The translations under genes were made by a program, and so were the position numbers. Source: Candidatus Poribacteria bacterium (lineage in GTDB: Bacteria; Poribacteria; WGA-4E; WGA-3G). Taken from it: DNA of 64,000 nt. Each line of letters opens with the position of its first letter. Within the stretch, counting starts at the first letter, position 1. The notes beneath the pieces were generated by a model that had not been told where the DNA came from, searched no databases, and saw only the letters and a program-made list of their open reading frames with translations. Shown one piece after another: positions 58,991-64,000 of the stretch. Location: NCBI GenBank assembly GCA_963663765.2, contig CAXXUA010000002.1, positions 160,001 through 224,000 of the forward strand, written 5' to 3'.

Positions 58991-59779
58991 TCAAATTTGA
59001 TATTGAATTCGCTTGATACTTTCTGCAAAACCTGTATCATCATTCAATACAATCTGAACAGCATTTAACTTGATATTGTCTTTGGCAACACTAAATCTTG
59101 CTGGCATCATTGTTAAGAAACTATCAATTACTTGGTCTTTGCGACTTCCTATCACCGAATCGTGAGGACCTGTCATACCTACATCGGTGATATATGCAGT
59201 TCCTTTGGGAAGTATACGTTCATCTGCAGTCTGAACATGCGTGTGAGTGCCAATGACCGCACCGACTTTCCCATCAGCATGCCATCCCATAGCATTTTTC
59301 TCCGAAGTAGCTTCGGCATGAAAATCCAAAATAACATGAGGTGTTTCAACTTTTATCACAGGTAAAATTGAATCCAATTCATGAAACGGATTAGAATATC
59401 TATTCATAAATATCTGACCTGCAAGGTTGATTACACCTAATTTTGAGTGTCCATCAACTGATGAGACAAGGGTATAACCTCTTCCTGGTACATCAGCAGG
59501 ATAATTTGCAGGACGAATTAATTGCGGAGTTGTATCCACGAAGTCAAAAATTTCTTTCTGCGCCCAAACATGGTTACCTGTAGTGATTACAGATACACCT
59601 GAAGCTAACAACTGATCAACAATTTCAAATGTAAGACCTTTGCCTCCAGCTGCGTTTTCAGCATTTGCTACAATGAAATCATACGAATTTTCAGATGTTC
59701 TGTGAAGTTGTTTTAGAAACTCGGTTACTGCTCTCCTTCCAGGATTACCAACAATATCTCCAATAAACAGTATTTTCAT
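58991..59779 (-). CDS. ymdB: YmdB/TIGR00282 metallophosphoesterase
   Basis: GDIVG, NAENAAGG, DFHAEATSEK and GTHTHV motifs. Confidence 0.94.
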   Translation of the reverse strand: MKILFIGDIVGNPGRRAVTEFLKQLHRTSENSYDFIVANAENAAGGKGLTFEIVDQLLASGVSVITTGNHVWAQKEIFDFVDTTPQLIRPANYPADVPGRGYTLVSSVDGHSKLGVINLAGQIFMNRYSNPFHELDSILPVIKVETPHVILDFHAEATSEKNAMGWHADGKVGAVIGTHTHVQTADERILPKGTAYITDVGMTGPHDSVIGSRKDQVIDSFLTMMPARFSVAKDNIKLNAVQIVLNDDTGFAESIKRIQYQI

Positions 59780-59954
59780 TTTATTTTTTCACATTTCTCG
59801 TAATATATTACGGTATGCTTGTGCATTCTTTATTGTTGTGATATATGTCTATTACTCATTACTCCCCATTTCAAATTCGAAGCACAAGCTTTTTATTATT
59901 TTATTACCAAATCACTTGTAATGTATGTTCTGTATATATCAAAAAAGATAATAA

Positions 59955-60476
59955 CTAATATGCTTCTAAATTGGTAAGTGTAAATACGGATGCAAATGAA
60001 CATCCGAGTGCTCTTATTTTTTCCTCTCCCCCTGCTTGCCGATCAATGACTGCGATTACATGTTCCACTGTGTGTCCTTCTCCCCTTATCTGTTCTATTG
60101 ACGTACAGACTTGTCCAGCAGTCGTGATAACATCTTCTATTACAACAAGTGTGCTTTTACTTTTTACACCTCCTTCTATAAGATTACATGTTCCGTAGGG
60201 TTTTGCTTTTTTACGCACATAATAACAAGGAATTCCCGTTTGTAAAGAGATTGCAGTTGCAAGAGGAATTCCTCCTAATTCTAAACCTGCTAAACCATCA
60301 AAATTTGCAGGTAACAATTTTACCATCTCGCTTGCGATGGTAGAAAGTAACTTAGGCTCACTTTCAAATCTGTATTTATCCCAGTAGAAATTGCTAATTA
60401 GACCTGAACGGAGTTTGAACTCTCCAGTAAGATATGAAACGGATCGGATATGTTTTACCAACTCAGCTTTTGTCAT
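59955..60476 (-). CDS. pyrE: Orotate phosphoribosyltransferase
   Basis: GEFKLRSG, RKKAKPYG and VIEDVITT motifs. Confidence 0.92.
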   Translation of the reverse strand: MTKAELVKHIRSVSYLTGEFKLRSGLISNFYWDKYRFESEPKLLSTIASEMVKLLPANFDGLAGLELGGIPLATAISLQTGIPCYYVRKKAKPYGTCNLIEGGVKSKSTLVVIEDVITTAGQVCTSIEQIRGEGHTVEHVIAVIDRQAGGEEKIRALGCSFASVFTLTNLEAY

Positions 60477-60500
60477 AGAGATACCATTCTGAAGATTAAT

Positions 60501-61547
60501 TTAATACACCTCTATATGTGCAGTTCCAGATGAAATGACTTCTCCAATTACAGCAGCTTCAGGACAGTCGGCAGCATGAAGTTCGTCTAATGCTGCATCA
60601 GCATTTTCGGCTGGGAGTGCAAATAGGAGACCCCCTGAAGTTTCTGCTTCCATCAAAATATGTTGCATTTCATCCTTAACAGATTGATTGAATGTAATCT
60701 TGTCAGCAAGAAATTTTGAGTTTGCTATGTATGCTTGTGTATAGATTTTCTTTGCCACAAGCGCAGGTGCGTCTTCAAAATAAGGGACAGCATTGCTGTT
60801 TATTCTTAGTGTGACATCATTACCTTCTGCCATTTCTGTAGCATGTCCTAACAACCCATATCCAGTAACATCTGTACAAGCAGTAGCTTCATTTTTTACC
60901 ATCACTTCTGCGGCGGAAGCGTTTAGACGTGTCATAGATTCAACCAATTGTGGAAGTACTTCATCACTGATTTTATTGAATTTCAATCCGGTGGTGAGAA
61001 TGCCGATCCCCAGATTTTTTGTTAAGATCAGAATATCACCAGGACACGCCCCATAATTCCTAACAAATTTTTCCGGATGTACAACACCTGTAACAGCTAA
61101 TCCATACATCAGTTCAGGAGCGTCTACTGTGTGACCACCAAGAAGTGCAGCACCAGATTCTGCTGCTTTATCCGCTCCACCTTTGACAATGTCACCCAGA
61201 ATTGATAAATCAAGGTTATCTTTAGGCCAACATGCAATGTTCAAAGCAGTTTTTGGTACTCCACCCATACTATATACATCACTTAGTGAGTTTGTTGCTG
61301 CAATTGCACCAAATGTATAAGGATCGTCAACAATAGGAGTGAAGTAGTCTACTGTGTTGACAAGAGCAAGCTCATCAGATAATCGATATATACCCGCATC
61401 ATCAGATGTTTCTGTTCCAACAAGCAGATTTGGATCGGTAGATTTTGGAAGGTTTTCCAAAACTTGCGAAAGCTCACCCGGAGCAAGTTTTGATGCTCAG
61501 CCAGCACATTTGACTGTCTTGGTAAGTCTTATCTTTTTTTTTGTCAT
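60501..61547 (-). CDS. selD: Selenophosphate synthetase, selenocysteine-containing
   Basis: The true N-terminus reads MTKKKIRLTKTVKCAG-UGA-ASKL (TGA at 61499-61497). DDAG, TVDYFTP, GGHT and TDVTGYGL motifs follow. Confidence 0.94.
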
Positions 61548-61591
61548 TGTGTTTGTGTTGTATCTTTCCTTGATTGAATTCTTTATATTGT

Positions 61592-62194
61592 TTATGCATC
61601 AAATAGATAGTTAACTGCTTGTTGAAGTTGAAGAAAGATTGTGTTGAACTGTTCCATTGTTGCTTTTTCCCTCTTTTCTGTTTCTTTCCTATTGATATGT
61701 AATCGTAAACTCTCCATAATGCTTCTATAGTACCACGATTGTGCTTCTAACCTTCCATGAAAACGTTCCCAAACTATATCACCAATGACATCATACTCAG
61801 AGATAACTGTTCGTAGATTATGTAGTTTGTCAGCACAAGTGACAAGGCAAATCTCTGTACTTGCAGTTTTCAACGTTTCAATCAGTTCTGTTTTTCTTTC
61901 TCGCCACTTTAGAGATTTGTTTTCTGAACATGCATCAACTATCTCCGCAATTAGTTCACCGAAAGTATTGCGAATACATTCCAGTGTTATGTCAGTATCC
62001 TCAACAGTATCATGCAGAATTCCTGCTATTACAACATCCTCAGAACATCCTTCCCCCATAAGAATGAGACCTACTGCATACGGATGTGATATGTAAGGTG
62101 TTTCAGTGCCTTTTCGAAATTGTCCATCGTGTGCCTGTGCAGCGAGTTCTAACGCTTCTTCAATACGGTTTTTCCGTATACCTTCAACCGCCAT
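61592..62194 (-). CDS. RelA/SpoT-type HD-domain hydrolase (small alarmone hydrolase-like)
   Basis: HDGQFRK...PYISHP, LHDTVEDT and ADKLHN motifs. Confidence 0.88.
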   Translation of the reverse strand: MAVEGIRKNRIEEALELAAQAHDGQFRKGTETPYISHPYAVGLILMGEGCSEDVVIAGILHDTVEDTDITLECIRNTFGELIAEIVDACSENKSLKWRERKTELIETLKTASTEICLVTCADKLHNLRTVISEYDVIGDIVWERFHGRLEAQSWYYRSIMESLRLHINRKETEKREKATMEQFNTIFLQLQQAVNYLFDA

Positions 62195-62423
62195 AAATTC
62201 AATCGCGACTCGTGTTCGCGCCTATTCCTATAAGTTTACTTAACCTATCGTTAGAATTATAAGATAAAAACAGTCTTAAATGATACACTATTTTCACGTA
62301 CTTCGTCAAGATATTTTTGTAATGCGAAAGACACAACCAAGTTTTAGTTACTCACACTAACAACAAATATAAAATGAATCATAATAATCCAATCAACCTG
62401 AAAGTATTGATCTAACGAAAAAA

Positions 62424-62463
62424 ACGCGATTTTTCTTAACAAGGTTGTTAAGAAAAATCGCGT
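62424..62463. repeat. Perfect 19-bp inverted repeat, possible terminator
   Basis: ACGCGATTTTTCTTAACAA-GG-TTGTTAAGAAAAATCGCGT. Confidence 0.75.
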
Positions 62464-62487
62464 AAATATGTTAGACAGTGCAAAATC

Positions 62488-63999
62488 TTATTGTTGTTCA
62501 ATAGGAAAATTGAAAATACCTTTTTCATCTGTATTGATATAAAACTTATTTTGATGGATCAATAAATTATCAACACTATCTGGAATTACAGGTGTAATTG
62601 TCTTCCACTCATCTTGATGATCCAAAAGATAAACACTTTTCCTGCCAACCCCATATAGTTTATTTCCATCTACAAAAAACAGATCAATATCAATATTTCT
62701 ACGCGCGTTCTCTTTCATCAAATGCCATTCTTCACCTGTATCTGATGTTAATACCCCTCTGTAAGAAGCAACGTATATTTTTGATCCTACAATCTCTATG
62801 TCTTGGAATCCTATCAAGTTAATAGGTAAAACAGAAGTTAAATCCTTCCAATTCTTGCCGTCATCAACTGATTGTAATAGATGTCCATCTCCGCGTCCAA
62901 CAATAATGTTTTTATCCGATATTTCAATAGTTAATCTCCCGTGATCAGGAACTTTGCCAAAATCTAATTCTGTATCAGTCCACTCTGAGTCGCCGATTGC
63001 AGCTTTTAATAAATGTCGGTTTGATTCCAAATAGAAAGTATTTTTACTGATTGCCAATGTGCGAATCCTTGGATTACCTTCAAGTGTCATTAGATCTTCC
63101 ATTTGTTTTGCAGTTTTATCATTTATTCCTTCTTCTTTAATAGAATCAAAAAGAGCGTTTTTATCAATAGGTTCAATCCCTAACTTTTTTATAAATGAGT
63201 CTCCTCCGATTTCAGGTAAACCTTGAATTGGATTTAACTCAGTACCGTCAGAAGACAATTGACATATACATATTTTTTCAGACCTATCTCGAGCAAGCGC
63301 AAAGAATTTATCATCTACTATAGTGAGTTCAGATGGATAGTAGTCACTGCCTTTACCAGAATCAATCAGAACTGGAGCCCATGTATCTCCACCATCAGTG
63401 GAGTAGAGGATTTCATGTGGAGATTGCGCGTATAATCTGTTATTGTATGAGACCAAATCTCGGATTTCTGATCCTACTATTCCTCTCATAGATTTCAGCC
63501 ATGATTCACCCCCATCAATTGAACGGTTAATCTGATAATGTTCTTGCCTGTATATAGTATTATCGTTTAATGCAACTATAGAAAAATCAGGATCAGGAGG
63601 TAGATTTTCAGGGTGACCAAGATTAGTCCAAGATTTTCCACCGTCCCTTGAACGAAAGGTATTGATACCGAAAAGGATTACCGTTTTGCCTGAAACAACT
63701 AAACTGAATTCATCACTTACCGAATAGGTATCGGTTTGTTTCGGTGTAATTTCTATCCAGGAATTTCCTAAATTGTCTGAGCGAAATATTTTCCCTCCAA
63801 AATCTCTCCATCGATTCAATTCCTTATTTGATTGCAACATTTCTAACCGTTCTGATTTATCAACTGTAGTACTAATATAGAGCACCTTTTTAGAAACTTT
63901 CATAGCAACCACAGATTTAATATCTTCTTCATTCAACTTATGCCAAGCTCGTGATTTTAGACGATAGAGTCCATCCTCCGTACCAACAAACAAAGTCTT
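62488..63999 (-). CDS. BNR/Asp-box beta-propeller protein, 5' part beyond the window
   Basis: Repeated SxDxGxxW boxes; the frame is open to the window edge. Confidence 0.85.
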   Translation of the reverse strand, partial: KTLFVGTEDGLYRLKSRAWHKLNEEDIKSVVAMKVSKKVLYISTTVDKSERLEMLQSNKELNRWRDFGGKIFRSDNLGNSWIEITPKQTDTYSVSDEFSLVVSGKTVILFGINTFRSRDGGKSWTNLGHPENLPPDPDFSIVALNDNTIYRQEHYQINRSIDGGESWLKSMRGIVGSEIRDLVSYNNRLYAQSPHEILYSTDGGDTWAPVLIDSGKGSDYYPSELTIVDDKFFALARDRSEKICICQLSSDGTELNPIQGLPEIGGDSFIKKLGIEPIDKNALFDSIKEEGINDKTAKQMEDLMTLEGNPRIRTLAISKNTFYLESNRHLLKAAIGDSEWTDTELDFGKVPDHGRLTIEISDKNIIVGRGDGHLLQSVDDGKNWKDLTSVLPINLIGFQDIEIVGSKIYVASYRGVLTSDTGEEWHLMKENARRNIDIDLFFVDGNKLYGVGRKSVYLLDHQDEWKTITPVIPDSVDNLLIHQNKFYINTDEKGIFNFPIEQQ

Positions 64000-64000
64000 T

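Overview
AT-rich chromosomal window from a diderm bacterium; the TPR/lipoprotein families and repeat style suggest Candidatus Poribacteria, which is inference only. Ordinary genes include sbcDC, murB, iscU/iscA-like, a sugar-acid dehydratase, a cation-chloride cotransporter plus MscS, a nucleoside-type ABC transporter, a TamB/Omp85 pair, xseAB-dxs-tlyA, ymdB, pyrE, a UGA-recoded selD, a RelA-type HD hydrolase and a VapBC pair. An expanded pst locus has a DUF805-PstC fusion, three PstB copies with degenerate motifs (two complementary), an extra PstA-like gene, a K+ channel plus a pore-only paralogue, and a tnpB-only IS200/IS605 element. An ISKra4 element is nested exactly in the RBS of an IS1595 element, with both TIRs and TSDs visible. 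The most unusual signal is intergenic: several MITE shells with distinct TIRs and TSDs nest inside each other and carry shared REP-like hairpins. One ~35-43 nt hairpin micro-element inserts at C^G sites inside other repeats without target duplication, and filled and empty alleles both occur in the window. No CRISPR array, tRNA or rRNA was seen.
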